A model generated the notes under the pieces. The model had not been told where the DNA came from. It was given only the letters and a program-made list of their open reading frames with translations, and did not search any database. Source: Candidatus Zambryskiibacteriota bacterium (GTDB lineage Bacteria > Patescibacteriota > Minisyncoccia > Phycocordibacterales > WO2-35-19). Taken from it: a DNA stretch of 64,000 bases. The DNA is taken from positions 17,615 to 81,614 of the forward strand of contig CAWJAC010000005.1 in the NCBI GenBank assembly GCA_963840745.1, read 5' to 3'. Below are positions 27,496-37,942 of this stretch, piece after piece (positions within the stretch are counted from its first letter, which is position 1; each line of letters opens with the position of its first letter). The position numbers were made by a program, and so were the translations under genes.

Positions 27496-28338
27496 ATGAA
27501 AAACAAACCAATTAAAAAAATAAGTTTTTACTTACGGGAAGATAATAAGATATCTAAAAATTGGCAATCAAAAATAGAATCGTGGCTGAAAGATAAGCAT
27601 CCGAATATCAAAATTTCTAGCGATAAACCTGAAGCCATATTGGTTTTGGGGGGAGACGGCACTATCATGGAGGCCGCTAAAAAATACGCCAACAGCAAAG
27701 TTATAATTTTGGGAATAAATTTGGGCCATTTGGGTTTTTTGGCTTCTATAAATAATTCTGACGATTTCCCTCTTATGCTGGATAAGTTTTTAAAAGGTGA
27801 TTTTGAGACTGGCCCAGGAATGATTATTAAGGCGACAGTGATGCGCAACAAAAGGGAGGTTTTTGCCGCTGATGCATTTAATGAAATCGTCGTTCAAAAT
27901 CCTTTGGGCATGGTTGAGGTTGATGTTGGCATCGGCGGAGAAATGATTGAGAAGATACGCGGCAGTGGTGTTCTGGTAGCTACCCCGTCCGGATCAACGG
28001 CTTATAATCTTTCGGCCCATGGACCCATCGTCTCGCCGGACATTGAATGCTTAATAGTAACTGAACTTTTTGATCATGATCTGCCAACACCGAGTTTGGT
28101 GGTACCCACGACTGAAGTGATAAAGTTAATTGTCAGAAATTTCCGCGAACACAAATTTTTAAAAATCACATCTACAGGCGAAAAATTTGATGTTTTGTTT
28201 ATTGCCGATGGTGTGGCTTTATTTGTCCTAAAAAGCGGGGATGAAATCAACATAACTCGCACTAATAGCGCTTTTAAACTGGCTATACTCAAGCCAAATC
28301 ATTTCTATAAAAATCTGCATTCCAAATTCAGCTTTTAA
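27496..28338 (+). CDS. nadK: NAD kinase
   Basis: GGDGT, GINLGHLGFL, NE, ATPSGSTAYNLSAHGP. Confidence 0.92.
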   Translation: MKNKPIKKISFYLREDNKISKNWQSKIESWLKDKHPNIKISSDKPEAILVLGGDGTIMEAAKKYANSKVIILGINLGHLGFLASINNSDDFPLMLDKFLKGDFETGPGMIIKATVMRNKREVFAADAFNEIVVQNPLGMVEVDVGIGGEMIEKIRGSGVLVATPSGSTAYNLSAHGPIVSPDIECLIVTELFDHDLPTPSLVVPTTEVIKLIVRNFREHKFLKITSTGEKFDVLFIADGVALFVLKSGDEINITRTNSAFKLAILKPNHFYKNLHSKFSF

Positions 28339-28452
28339 ACATTAAATTGATTTAAAATTGCAGATAGGCTATAATGAAGAAGTATTAGAAGAATACAAAA
28401 ATAAAGTCGAGTTTCTATCTATACTATAATAAATAACAAAAAAAATAATTTC

Positions 28453-28659
28453 ATGACAGGAACAATCAAGAAGCTTAATGAAAGAGGATTTGGATTCATT
28501 GAACAGACTGGTCAAACCGGGGATCTTTTCTTTCACAAAAGCGCTCTCGTTGGTGTCACTTTTGAAGAATTGAAAGAAGGCGATAGCGTCACTTTCGAAA
28601 TCAAACCGGGCGAAGAAGGCGGCAAGGGCCCTTCCGCCGTAAACGTTTCTCGCGCTTAA
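28453..28659 (+). CDS. cold-shock protein
   Basis: RGFGFI (RNP1), DLFFH (RNP2), KGPSAVNV. Confidence 0.95.
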   Translation: MTGTIKKLNERGFGFIEQTGQTGDLFFHKSALVGVTFEELKEGDSVTFEIKPGEEGGKGPSAVNVSRA

Positions 28660-28692
28660 TAATTGCATTAGTATTTATTAATAATAAAAAAT

Positions 28693-28947
28693 ATGGCTAA
28701 AACAAATTCGGCTTTTATGAAGCCGATGACAGTGAGTTCTGAGTTGGCGGCCGTTGTGGGCAATGGTCCAATGCCCAGATCAGAAGTTGTTAAAAAACTT
28801 TGGGTTTACATCAAAGGCAAGAAACTTCAGGATCCGACAAACAAGCGAAATATCAATGCTGATGAAAATTTGAAGAAAGTTTTTGGCGGCAAAGCGGTAG
28901 TAAATATGTTTGAAATGACTAAACTTGTTTCTAAACATTTGTCTTAA
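28693..28947 (+). CDS. standalone SWIB/MDM2-domain protein
   Basis: SSELAAVVG..PMPRSEVVKKLWVYIK...LQDP.NKRNI.AD. Confidence 0.9.
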   Translation: MAKTNSAFMKPMTVSSELAAVVGNGPMPRSEVVKKLWVYIKGKKLQDPTNKRNINADENLKKVFGGKAVVNMFEMTKLVSKHLS

Positions 28948-28989
28948 TTAGGTAGCAATAAAGCTAAAAAATCAGTCTTATAATATGCT

Positions 28990-29532
28990 ATGAAAAATAA
29001 AGAAGTAGCGGTGTTTGGTGGTGGCTGTTTTTGGTGCACTGAAGCGGTTTTCAAAATGATAAAAGGGGTTACTCTGGTAAAACCCGGCTATGCTGGCGGT
29101 AAAACCGAAAACCCGACATATATAGAAGTAAGCTCGGGAAAGACCGGGCATGCCGAGGTTATATATATTGAATATGATCCGTTACAGGTTGATTACAAAG
29201 ATTTACTGACTATATTTTTTGGCAGTTATGACCCAACCGCTTTAAACAGGCAGGGTGCCGATGTGGGAACTCAGTACCGTTCTGTTATTTTTTATTCAAC
29301 AGAAAAACAAAAAGAAGAAGCGTTAAATTTTATAAAAGAAATTAATAATTCAAATAAGGAAGGCAAGCCGGTAATCACAGAAGTTACACCGCTTGATAAA
29401 TTTTATGATGCTGAAAATTATCACAAAAATTATTTTGAAAATCATAAAAAAAATCCGTATTGTGAGCTTGTTATAAATCCAAAATTGGAAAAGATTCAAA
29501 AAAATTTTGCCAACCTGTTAAAAACCATATAA
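28990..29532 (+). CDS. msrA: peptide-methionine (S)-sulfoxide reductase
   Basis: GGGCFWCTEA, GYAGG, GHAE, QYRS. Confidence 0.96.
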   Translation: MKNKEVAVFGGGCFWCTEAVFKMIKGVTLVKPGYAGGKTENPTYIEVSSGKTGHAEVIYIEYDPLQVDYKDLLTIFFGSYDPTALNRQGADVGTQYRSVIFYSTEKQKEEALNFIKEINNSNKEGKPVITEVTPLDKFYDAENYHKNYFENHKKNPYCELVINPKLEKIQKNFANLLKTI

Positions 29533-29536
29533 AAAT

Positions 29537-29935
29537 ATGAAAAAAGAACCAATGCCAAAAACAGAAGAAGAATGGAAAAAGGTTCTGACCCCGGAACAAT
29601 ATGAAATTCTTAGGGAGAGGGGGACAGAAGCTCCATTTTCAGGTAAATTGTTGAAGTCAGATAAAGATGGCGTTTTTGTCTGCGCCGCTTGCGGCAACCC
29701 TCTTTTTTCATCCGAAGCAAAATTTGAATCAGGCACTGGCTGGCCGAGTTTTGATGAAACCCTGCCGGGGGCGGTGGAGGAGAGATTAGACAATTCTCTC
29801 GGTATGGCAAGAACAGAGGTGGTTTGTTCCAGATGCGGTTCGCACTTGGGGCATTTGTTTGACGATGGACCAACTAAAACAGGCAAAAGATATTGTTTGA
29901 ATTCCGTTTGTCTAGACCTTGAGGAAAAAACATAA
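29537..29935 (+). CDS. msrB: peptide-methionine (R)-sulfoxide reductase
   Basis: GTE.PF, SGTGWPSF, HLGHLFDDGP, RYCLNS. Confidence 0.96.
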   Translation: MKKEPMPKTEEEWKKVLTPEQYEILRERGTEAPFSGKLLKSDKDGVFVCAACGNPLFSSEAKFESGTGWPSFDETLPGAVEERLDNSLGMARTEVVCSRCGSHLGHLFDDGPTKTGKRYCLNSVCLDLEEKT

Positions 29936-29953
29936 ACGGGTCATAATTAAATA

Positions 29954-30460
29954 ATGGATGAAAAAAGCGATATTGAAATAATCGTAAAGCAATATTTAAA
30001 GTCGGTCTATAATTTTGTCTTTCGCATTGTTGGCAATGAAAACGAAGCTAGCGACATCACTCAAGAAGTCTTTATAAAAGTTTGGAAAAATTTAAGTAAA
30101 ATTGACGAGAGTAAAAATTTCAAAACTTGGATTTTTGCTATTGCCAGAAATACAACCATAGATTGGCTTAGAAAAAGAAAAAATATTTCTTTTTCTAAAA
30201 TCGAATCCGAGGATAATTATTTTGAAGAAAACATAGAGGATATTGAACCTCTTCCGGATGAAATTTTTATTAAAAAAGAATTGGCAAAGGAAGTTGAAGA
30301 GGCTCTTACCAAAATAAGGCCCGATTTTAGGGAAATAATTTTGTTGCGTTATGTTGAAGATCTTACTTTTGAAGAAATCTCAGAAATTGTCGATAAACCT
30401 CTTAACACCGTCAAATCCCACCACCTCCGCGCCCTCTCCGCTTTGAGAAAATTTTTTTAA
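29954..30460 (+). CDS. ECF sigma-70 factor
   Basis: DITQEVFIKVW, FKTWIFAIARN, LTFEEISE...PLNTVKS. Confidence 0.92.
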   Translation: MDEKSDIEIIVKQYLKSVYNFVFRIVGNENEASDITQEVFIKVWKNLSKIDESKNFKTWIFAIARNTTIDWLRKRKNISFSKIESEDNYFEENIEDIEPLPDEIFIKKELAKEVEEALTKIRPDFREIILLRYVEDLTFEEISEIVDKPLNTVKSHHLRALSALRKFF

Positions 30461-30497
30461 GGTAAAAATGCTTTAAAATAAGGGTTAAAATGGTGAG

Positions 30498-30524
30498 TGC
30501 AACTAAATGGGAGTGAGGTACGTA
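30498..30524 (+). promoter_or_regulatory. ECF-type promoter TGCAAC-N17-CGTA
   Basis: Between the sigma gene and the downstream operon; 8 nt before ATG 30533. Confidence 0.6.
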
Positions 30525-30532
30525 TTATAGAT

Positions 30533-30952
30533 ATGAAGATGGAAGAAAAATACAAAAAACTATTAGGTTCTATTAATTTTATAGAACCGCCCAAAGGACT
30601 TGGGACCAGAATTTTAGAGCGGGTAAATGCGGAAAAGGAAAGGCTGATGAGAATCAGGACTTGGGTTTTTGGAAGCGGTACGGTGGCTTCCTTTGGTCTT
30701 TCTTTGTGGGCAGTAATTTATTTGATAAAAAGCGCTCAAGAGAGCGGCTTTGTCCAATATCTCTCTTTAATTTTTTCTGAAAATGGAGTAATGCTTACGT
30801 ATTGGCGCGAGCTGTCTTTGTCTTTAGTTGAATCACTGCCAATCGTCAGCCTCATAATTTTCCTATCGGCAATTGGATTTTTTATATGGTCGTTTACAAA
30901 AATGATTTCAAACGTGCATGACAGAAATGTAGTATTATTTAGTTTTAACTAA
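30533..30952 (+). CDS. putative membrane anti-sigma factor
   Basis: Follows the ECF sigma; EPPKGL..RIL N-terminus and two TM helices. Confidence 0.6.
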   Translation: MKMEEKYKKLLGSINFIEPPKGLGTRILERVNAEKERLMRIRTWVFGSGTVASFGLSLWAVIYLIKSAQESGFVQYLSLIFSENGVMLTYWRELSLSLVESLPIVSLIIFLSAIGFFIWSFTKMISNVHDRNVVLFSFN

Positions 30953-30957
30953 AAAAC

Positions 30958-31416
30958 ATGAAACTGGAAGACATACACGAATCAAAAATAATCCGAGACA
31001 TCATTATTATAATTGGAATAGTTATAGTTGTTCTTAGCATTTTGTTTATCGGTATAAATATAGGTGAGCGCCGAGCCAGATTTGCCGGACAGTATGGGGA
31101 TAATTTTGAAAGAAATTTTGTAGGGACAAGAAATGGAATGATGGGTGGATATTTTGGCCAAATGCTGCCGAGTGGGCACGGAGCAGTCGGAAATATTGTG
31201 AGCATCAGCTTGCCTCAAATAATTATTACCGGACCGGATAATTTAGAAAAAACTATTTTGGTTGGAACGAGCACTATAGTACGACAATTTCAGCAAAACA
31301 TTCAGAGTTCCGATTTAAAAACCGGGGATTCTGTGGTTGTCATAGGAAATCCAAATAACAGCGGTCAAATAGAGGCTGCTCTCATAAGAGTTATGCCGCA
31401 ACCTCCGCAACCTTAA
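30958..31416 (+). CDS. membrane-anchored DUF5666-like protein
   Basis: TM helix then G.I.SI...DLKTGDSVVVIG..N..GQIEA..IRV. Confidence 0.6.
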   Translation: MKLEDIHESKIIRDIIIIIGIVIVVLSILFIGINIGERRARFAGQYGDNFERNFVGTRNGMMGGYFGQMLPSGHGAVGNIVSISLPQIIITGPDNLEKTILVGTSTIVRQFQQNIQSSDLKTGDSVVVIGNPNNSGQIEAALIRVMPQPPQP

Positions 31417-31443
31417 TTCTTTAATTAATATAATCATAAAACA

Positions 31444-33093
31444 ATGTCTGATAAATTCAGTAAAATAAAAAATTGGATTATTTCGCACAAAAAGACCAGC
31501 GCGGTTTTAGCTTTGGTTATTATTTTTTTAGGATATAAAATATACCAAAACTATACCAGCACCAGCAACGACCCTAAATATATATTAACTACCGTCCAAA
31601 AAGGAGCGGTCGTGACGGCTATTACCGGCACCGGCCAAGTATCAGCCGATAATCAAGTAGACATAACGAGCAAAGCCTCCGGCAATATCACCAAGGTTTA
31701 CGTAACCGCAGGCCAGTCGGTTACAGCCGGTACTCTTTTGGCTCAGGTTGATTTCACCGACGCCGCTTTAACATTGCAATCGGCCCAGGTGGCTTATAAT
31801 AAATTTGTGGAGCCGGCTAAACCTCAAGATATAAAAGCGGCTCAAGACAGTGTCAGCTCCGCATACAATAACGGGTGGAACGCCGCTTCTTCCGCTTTTA
31901 CTGATTATCCCAACATCATAACCGGCATGGATGATTTATTTTATTCTTCAAACGGCTATTTCAGAACTTCAAGCATTAAACAAGGAAATAGTATATCCAA
32001 TTCACATATCCAAAATGCCGGATTAATTTATGACCAGGCCAAAAATCAATACACAACTGTCTTGGCAGAATATAATTCACTTAATCGCGGAAGCACTACC
32101 ACTAGCATAGATAATCTTATGAATGACACAGCTAAAATGCTGCAGACTATGGCTAATGCCTTAAAAAATACACAAAACACTGTTTCTTATATTGTACAAA
32201 ACCAGTCAGACACCAGCCCTGCCGCCACCACAGCAGCAAATAATGTTAATTCATGGCTTAGTACAATCAATACTGATTTATCCAACGTTATTTCGACTCA
32301 AACTAGCATAGTAAATTCACAAAATACACTAAATAATCTGGTGGTTGGGCCAGATCCGCTTGATGTCCAGGCCCAACAAATCTCTCTCCAAAAGGCGCAA
32401 TCAGCTTATCAGAATTATTTTATAAGAGCTCCGTTTGACGGAACTATAGCTAGAGTGCAAGCTAGCATCGGCAATCCGGCGGGTACAGTGGCAACCATAG
32501 TCAGCAACAGCAAAATCGCCACCATATCATTAAATGAAGTTGATGTGGCCAAAATACAAGTCGGCGATAAAGTTAATCTCACTTTTGATGCTATTGATGG
32601 TCTCAACATTGCTGGACAGGTGGCTGAAATAGATCAGGTGGGTACGGTCAGCCAAGGCGTCGTTAGTTATAACGTTCAAATAAGTTTCGATACTCAAGAT
32701 GACAGAGTCAAATCTGGCATGAGCGTCAACTCCTCCGTCATAACAGAGAGCAAACAAGATGTTTTGGTAGTGCCGAGCTCTGCCATTAAAACCCAAGGTA
32801 ATATTTCTTATGTCAATTATTTTGATCAGAAATATACGGATGCGCAGGCAAGCGCCGGTGTAGTTTCTGCCATAGCACCTCTTTCCAAACAAGTGGAAAT
32901 CGGCATCTCCGATGACACCAACACTGAAATTGTTTCCGGGCTTAATGAAGGTGATCAGATAGTATTGAGAACAGTAACTGGAACCACGGCAACAACGAGT
33001 GCTGCTCCAAGCATCTTTGGCGCAGCTACAGGCGGCCGAACAACCGGCGGAGGCAGCGGAGCAGCAGGCACCATCAGAAGAATTGGAGGATAA
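31444..33093 (+). CDS. efflux periplasmic adaptor (MacA/YknX-like)
   Basis: Lipoyl half motifs, long helical hairpin, IRAPFDG, VPSSAI, EIVSGL.EGD. Confidence 0.9.
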   Translation: MSDKFSKIKNWIISHKKTSAVLALVIIFLGYKIYQNYTSTSNDPKYILTTVQKGAVVTAITGTGQVSADNQVDITSKASGNITKVYVTAGQSVTAGTLLAQVDFTDAALTLQSAQVAYNKFVEPAKPQDIKAAQDSVSSAYNNGWNAASSAFTDYPNIITGMDDLFYSSNGYFRTSSIKQGNSISNSHIQNAGLIYDQAKNQYTTVLAEYNSLNRGSTTTSIDNLMNDTAKMLQTMANALKNTQNTVSYIVQNQSDTSPAATTAANNVNSWLSTINTDLSNVISTQTSIVNSQNTLNNLVVGPDPLDVQAQQISLQKAQSAYQNYFIRAPFDGTIARVQASIGNPAGTVATIVSNSKIATISLNEVDVAKIQVGDKVNLTFDAIDGLNIAGQVAEIDQVGTVSQGVVSYNVQISFDTQDDRVKSGMSVNSSVITESKQDVLVVPSSAIKTQGNISYVNYFDQKYTDAQASAGVVSAIAPLSKQVEIGISDDTNTEIVSGLNEGDQIVLRTVTGTTATTSAAPSIFGAATGGRTTGGGSGAAGTIRRIGG

Positions 33094-33121
33094 AAATTAC
33101 TTGTGGTGAATTTATTGAACC

Positions 33122-33826
33122 ATGATAGAAGTTAAAGACATAAGAAAAACCTATAACAGCGGAGAAAATTCCTTTGAAGCTCTCAAAGGAGTTTCTTTCA
33201 GTATAAAAGATGGAGAATTTATAGCCATTATGGGACCAAGCGGTTCCGGTAAATCAACTCTTATGCACATTCTCGGATGCCTAGATACGCCGACTTCCGG
33301 AAAATATTTTTTGGACGAAAAAGACGTGTCCACCTTAAGCGATGATCAGCTGGCAGAAATAAGAAGAGATAAAATTGGCTTTGTTTTCCAGTCTTTCAAT
33401 CTTCTTCCTAGGACTACCGTGTTGCGCAACGCCATGCTTCCTCTCATATATACAGGAGTACAAGGAGAAGAAAGGGAAAGAAGAGCTAAAGAATCTCTCT
33501 TGCATGCGGGTTTAGAAGAAAGCCATTTTGATCATCTTTCAAATCAGCTTTCTGGAGGCCAAATTCAAAGAGTGGCTATTGCGAGAGCTCTAGTAAACAA
33601 TCCTTCCCTTATACTTGCCGACGAGCCGACTGGAAATCTTGATACTAAAACCGGCGATATTGTCCTTGGCACTTTCCAAAGATTGAACGAGGAACAAGGC
33701 AGAACAATAGTGCTTATCACTCATGAGCCTGATGTGGCCGAGCATGCCGATCGAATTATTCACATCCGTGACGGCGTAATAGTAGAAGACAGCAAGAGAC
33801 ATTTAAAAAAGCGTATTAAAATTTAA
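33122..33826 (+). CDS. ABC transporter ATP-binding protein (MacB/LolD-like)
   Basis: GPSGSGKST, LSGGQ, LADEPTGNLD. Confidence 0.95.
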   Translation: MIEVKDIRKTYNSGENSFEALKGVSFSIKDGEFIAIMGPSGSGKSTLMHILGCLDTPTSGKYFLDEKDVSTLSDDQLAEIRRDKIGFVFQSFNLLPRTTVLRNAMLPLIYTGVQGEERERRAKESLLHAGLEESHFDHLSNQLSGGQIQRVAIARALVNNPSLILADEPTGNLDTKTGDIVLGTFQRLNEEQGRTIVLITHEPDVAEHADRIIHIRDGVIVEDSKRHLKKRIKI

Positions 33827-33828
33827 TT

Positions 33829-35052
33829 ATGAAAACTTTAGATATTTTAGAAGAAACATATTCGGCCCTTTTTTCAAACAAAGTGAGATCCGGACTCACT
33901 ATGCTGGGTATTGTTATCGGCATAAGTTCTGTCATAGCGCTCATTTCGGTCGGTCAAGGAGCTCAGAATTCTATACAAGCAAATATTCAATCAATCGGCT
34001 CCAATCTGGTTTTGGTCATGCCGGGCGCTCAAAGAGGCGTGGGAGTTTCTGTCAGCGCCGGCCGAGGCTCGGCTCAATCTTTAACTTTAGCTGACTCTCA
34101 AGCCATTGCCGGACTGACTAACGTGTTGGCGGTAGCTCCAGAAGTTGACGGTAGAGACCAAATCACAACTAAAGGACAAAATACCAATACATCAGTCATC
34201 GGAACAACAAGCAGCTATCCTGCCGTCCGCAACGTGCAAATAGCCGATGGTTCTTTTATTAGCGATCAAAATATAACCGACCTCTCTAAAGTAGCCGTCT
34301 TGGGTCCAACCGCTCGAGATGATCTTTTTGGAGTAGGCGCGACTAATGTGATAGGTCAAGATATTCGTATCAAAGGAGATGTGTTTAAAATCATAGGCAT
34401 AACGGTCGCCAAAGGAGGCAGCGGGTTTGGCAGCCAGGATGATATGATTTTCGTACCGCTATCGAGCGCCCAAAAATTTTTGGTGGGCAATGACTATCTA
34501 AGCAGTATCAGTGTTGAAGCCCAAAGTGCAGATGTTATGACAACTTTGCAAAGCGATATTACCACTCTCTTGCTTGGACGCCACAATATAAAAAATGCGG
34601 CTCAAGCTGATTTTAGCACTTTGAATGAGGCCGACATTGTGGCCACTGCTTCATCTGTCACCAGCACCTTTACAATACTACTTGGCGCTGTAGCTGGCAT
34701 ATCACTCCTCGTTGGCGGCATCGGCATTATGAATATGATGCTAACAACAGTCACGGAAAGAACGAGAGAAATCGGTTTACGCAAAGCTATCGGCGCCAAA
34801 GCTTCCGACATCAGCAAACAATTTTTGATAGAAGCGGTTATGCTAACTCTGATTGGTGGGCTGGTCGGAGTAGTTTTGGGTTGGTCGGTTTCTTTCATTG
34901 TCACTTACTTCAAAATTCTGGAAACTCAGGTTTCTATCTCTTCAATTCTTTTGGCTTTTGGAGTATCAACGCTCATTGGTATCATATTTGGATATTACCC
35001 GGCCCGCCGAGCCGCTGGGCTTAATCCAATAGATGCACTAAGATACGAGTAA
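33829..35052 (+). CDS. ABC transporter permease (MacB/FtsX-like)
   Basis: RSGLTMLGIVIG, GGIGIMN.ML..VTERTREIG.RKA.GA, PI.ALRYE. Confidence 0.95.
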   Translation: MKTLDILEETYSALFSNKVRSGLTMLGIVIGISSVIALISVGQGAQNSIQANIQSIGSNLVLVMPGAQRGVGVSVSAGRGSAQSLTLADSQAIAGLTNVLAVAPEVDGRDQITTKGQNTNTSVIGTTSSYPAVRNVQIADGSFISDQNITDLSKVAVLGPTARDDLFGVGATNVIGQDIRIKGDVFKIIGITVAKGGSGFGSQDDMIFVPLSSAQKFLVGNDYLSSISVEAQSADVMTTLQSDITTLLLGRHNIKNAAQADFSTLNEADIVATASSVTSTFTILLGAVAGISLLVGGIGIMNMMLTTVTERTREIGLRKAIGAKASDISKQFLIEAVMLTLIGGLVGVVLGWSVSFIVTYFKILETQVSISSILLAFGVSTLIGIIFGYYPARRAAGLNPIDALRYE

Positions 35053-35079
35053 TAAATATTAATTATAAAAATAAAAAAC

Positions 35080-35484
35080 ATGAACAAAAATAAAAAAATA
35101 ATTGGGGTGGTAGTTATCGTGATCGCTTTGGGTTTGTCATTTTATTCAGGCATGAGATATGATCAAAGCAACGCAGCGGCGGCTGCTGCAGCCAGGGGAG
35201 CTAATTTCCGAACTGGTGGCATAGGAGCCAGCGGAGTGCGCGGCGGAGGTACTGGAGGAGCTGGCGGCGGCACGGCGGGGGATATAATATCAAAAGATGC
35301 CACGAGTATTACTGTCAGTTTGCGGGCTGGTGGCTCAAAAATAGTTTTCTTTAGTCCATCAACTCCTATATCTGCCATTGCTTCCGGTACTCCAGCAGAT
35401 CTTATCTCCGGCAAACAAGTAGTGGTCCAAGGAACCACTAACACCGACGGCAGCGTGAGCGCCACCAGCATCCAAGTAAGATAA
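35080..35484 (+). CDS. membrane-anchored Gly-rich DUF5666-like protein
   Basis: TM helix, G-rich linker, DL..GKQVVVQG..N.DGSV.A.SIQV. Confidence 0.6.
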   Translation: MNKNKKIIGVVVIVIALGLSFYSGMRYDQSNAAAAAAARGANFRTGGIGASGVRGGGTGGAGGGTAGDIISKDATSITVSLRAGGSKIVFFSPSTPISAIASGTPADLISGKQVVVQGTTNTDGSVSATSIQVR

Positions 35485-35505
35485 ATTTTGTGATATAATT
35501 TGTGT

Positions 35506-36045
35506 ATGAAAAAAATCATATACATAATTATAGGTTTGGCAGTTATTGCTGTTTTGGTGTTGACAGTAAGGTTTGTTTTTGGCGGCCCGGAAGATAATTG
35601 GATTTGCCAGGACGGAGTTTGGGTAAAGCACGGCAATCCAAGTTTTCCTGAACCAGTATCTGGTTGTGGCAATCAAGGCAAGACAGACGATACAACAACA
35701 TCCACATCAACCGATGGGTATATATATAAAGACCTTATCAAAATAGATTCGCCGATTCAAAATCAAAAAATAAATTCTCCTGTCAGCATAAAAGGAGAGG
35801 CGCGGGGCAATTGGTATTTTGAAGCTTCTTTTCCTGTTCAAGTTTTAGATGAAGATGGAACTGTTATTGGTCGGGGTACCGGTCAAGCGCAAGGAGAATG
35901 GACAACGACAAATTTTGTGCCATTTATCGGAGAAATTAATTTCAGCAAACCAAAAGGCAAAACCGGCAGTATTGTATTCAAAAAAGACAATCCTTCTGGC
36001 CTGCCAGCAAATGACGATTCTGTTTCTATCCCAATCAATTTTTAA
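35506..36045 (+). CDS. Gmad2-like Ig-domain membrane-anchored protein
   Basis: EDNWIC..G.WVKHG.P; GEARGNWYFEASFPV; DNPSG. Confidence 0.75.
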   Translation: MKKIIYIIIGLAVIAVLVLTVRFVFGGPEDNWICQDGVWVKHGNPSFPEPVSGCGNQGKTDDTTTSTSTDGYIYKDLIKIDSPIQNQKINSPVSIKGEARGNWYFEASFPVQVLDEDGTVIGRGTGQAQGEWTTTNFVPFIGEINFSKPKGKTGSIVFKKDNPSGLPANDDSVSIPINF

Positions 36046-36155
36046 TCTGTTTCGTTCCCTGTTGTAAGGGGGAGAATAATTTGTTTTGTTGAAGCAGATG
36101 ATGTATAGTAAAATAAATTCCCTAGCGGGATTTTTAATTATTCAATTTTAACAGG

Positions 36156-37940
36156 ATGGAGATCAGAAATATTGCAATCATAGCCCACGTAGACCACGGC
36201 AAGACAGCGCTGACTGACGCTATTTTGAGGCAGACCGGTTTTGAGGAAGAAGGATTTTCGATGGATTCAAATGCGCTGGAGAAAGAACGCGGCATTACTA
36301 TTTATTCAAAAAATGCCTCAGTAATTTATAAAGGCACAAAAATAAATATAGTTGATACCCCGGGCCACGCAGACTTCGGCTCTGAAGTAGAGCGAATCTT
36401 GCGTTCCATTGATTCGGTTTTACTTGTGGTAGACGCACAGGAAGGACCTATGCCTCAGACGCGCTTTGTTTTGAAAAAGTCATTAGAGATCGGACACAAA
36501 CCGATTGTAGTTTTAAATAAAATTGATCGTCCCGGTGCCGACATTGACAAGATTAAAACAACCCATGATGAAATTTTTGAATTATTTTTTGATTTGGGTG
36601 CAAGCAATGAGCAACTTAATTTCACTACTATTTATGCCATTGCCAAAAACGGAGTGGCTATTAAAAATTTGGGTGATGAGAGTGATAATATAAAACCTCT
36701 GCTCGATGTTATTTTGGAAAAGGTGCCACCGGCAAAAAACAATAAAGAATTGCCTTTGCGCGCTCAGCCTTTCAATTTAGCTTACGATAATTTTTTAGGA
36801 AGAATGGCTATCGCTAGAATTTATGAAGGCACTTTAAAAAACGGCCAAAAAGTTTTTATTAAAAAAGAAGGTAAAAATGAGGAGGGCAAAATAACAAAAA
36901 TATTTAATTTTGAGGGGATAAACAGAAAAGAGATCAGCGAAGCCGAAGCGGGAGATATAGTGATGATTGCCGGCCTGCCTAATATTTATATAGGCGACAC
37001 TATTACGGATAATCCGGAAACAGAAAGTTTGCCAGCAATCAAGGTAGATGAGCCGACGATTGCGGTAAATTTTTTAGTCAATGATTCACCTTTTGGCGGC
37101 AGGGAGGGCAAGTATGTCAACAGCCGACAGATCAGAGAACGTCTGGAAAAAGAATTGGAGGTGAATGTCGGACTCAAAGTTGATTTCGAAGGGGATCAAA
37201 TGAAAGTTTATGGGCGAGGTGAGCTTCATATAGCTATACTACTGGAGAACATGAGAAGGGAAGGATTTGAAATGCAAGTCTCACAACCACAGGTCATTAT
37301 AAAAGAAATTGATGAAGCAAAAAGTGAACCATTTGAAGAAGTGACTATAGATATTCCCAAAGAGATGCAGGGAGTTATCATAGAAAAGTTGGGCAAGCGG
37401 GGCGCCATAATGACAAACACCAAACATCACGGCAATCACTTGCGCCTGATTTTTGAAGGACCGACCAGGGGACTGCTCGGCTATCGCAATCAATTTGTCA
37501 TTGATACCAAAGGTGAAGGAATTTTTGGCAGCCGGGTAGTGGGTTTTAGGCCATATGCAGGAGAAATAGAGAAAAAAGCTACCGGCTCACAGACATCAAT
37601 GGCAAACGGCAAGGCTTTGGCTTTCGCTTTAGACAACTTACAAACTAGAGGCACTTTATATATAGGTCCGACAACTGAAGTTTATGAAGGTATGGTCATA
37701 GGCAACACGGCCAAAGGCGACGAGCTTTCAGTCAATCCAACCAAAGGCAAACAACTCACCAACATGAGAGCCTCCGGTTCTGATGACAAAATTTATTTAG
37801 CTCCACCGGTGCCAATCACCATTGAAAGTGGACTTGAAATAATGGCCGAAGATGAATATCTGGAGATCACTCCCAAATCAGTGCGTCTGCGCAAAAAACT
37901 TTTGACTGAACTCGAACGTGTGAAAGCAGGAAAAAAATGA
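36156..37940 (+). CDS. typA: translational GTPase TypA/BipA
   Basis: [41 protein letters not shown]. Confidence 0.96.
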   Translation: MEIRNIAIIAHVDHGKTALTDAILRQTGFEEEGFSMDSNALEKERGITIYSKNASVIYKGTKINIVDTPGHADFGSEVERILRSIDSVLLVVDAQEGPMPQTRFVLKKSLEIGHKPIVVLNKIDRPGADIDKIKTTHDEIFELFFDLGASNEQLNFTTIYAIAKNGVAIKNLGDESDNIKPLLDVILEKVPPAKNNKELPLRAQPFNLAYDNFLGRMAIARIYEGTLKNGQKVFIKKEGKNEEGKITKIFNFEGINRKEISEAEAGDIVMIAGLPNIYIGDTITDNPETESLPAIKVDEPTIAVNFLVNDSPFGGREGKYVNSRQIRERLEKELEVNVGLKVDFEGDQMKVYGRGELHIAILLENMRREGFEMQVSQPQVIIKEIDEAKSEPFEEVTIDIPKEMQGVIIEKLGKRGAIMTNTKHHGNHLRLIFEGPTRGLLGYRNQFVIDTKGEGIFGSRVVGFRPYAGEIEKKATGSQTSMANGKALAFALDNLQTRGTLYIGPTTEVYEGMVIGNTAKGDELSVNPTKGKQLTNMRASGSDDKIYLAPPVPITIESGLEIMAEDEYLEITPKSVRLRKKLLTELERVKAGKK

Positions 37941-37942
37941 AG

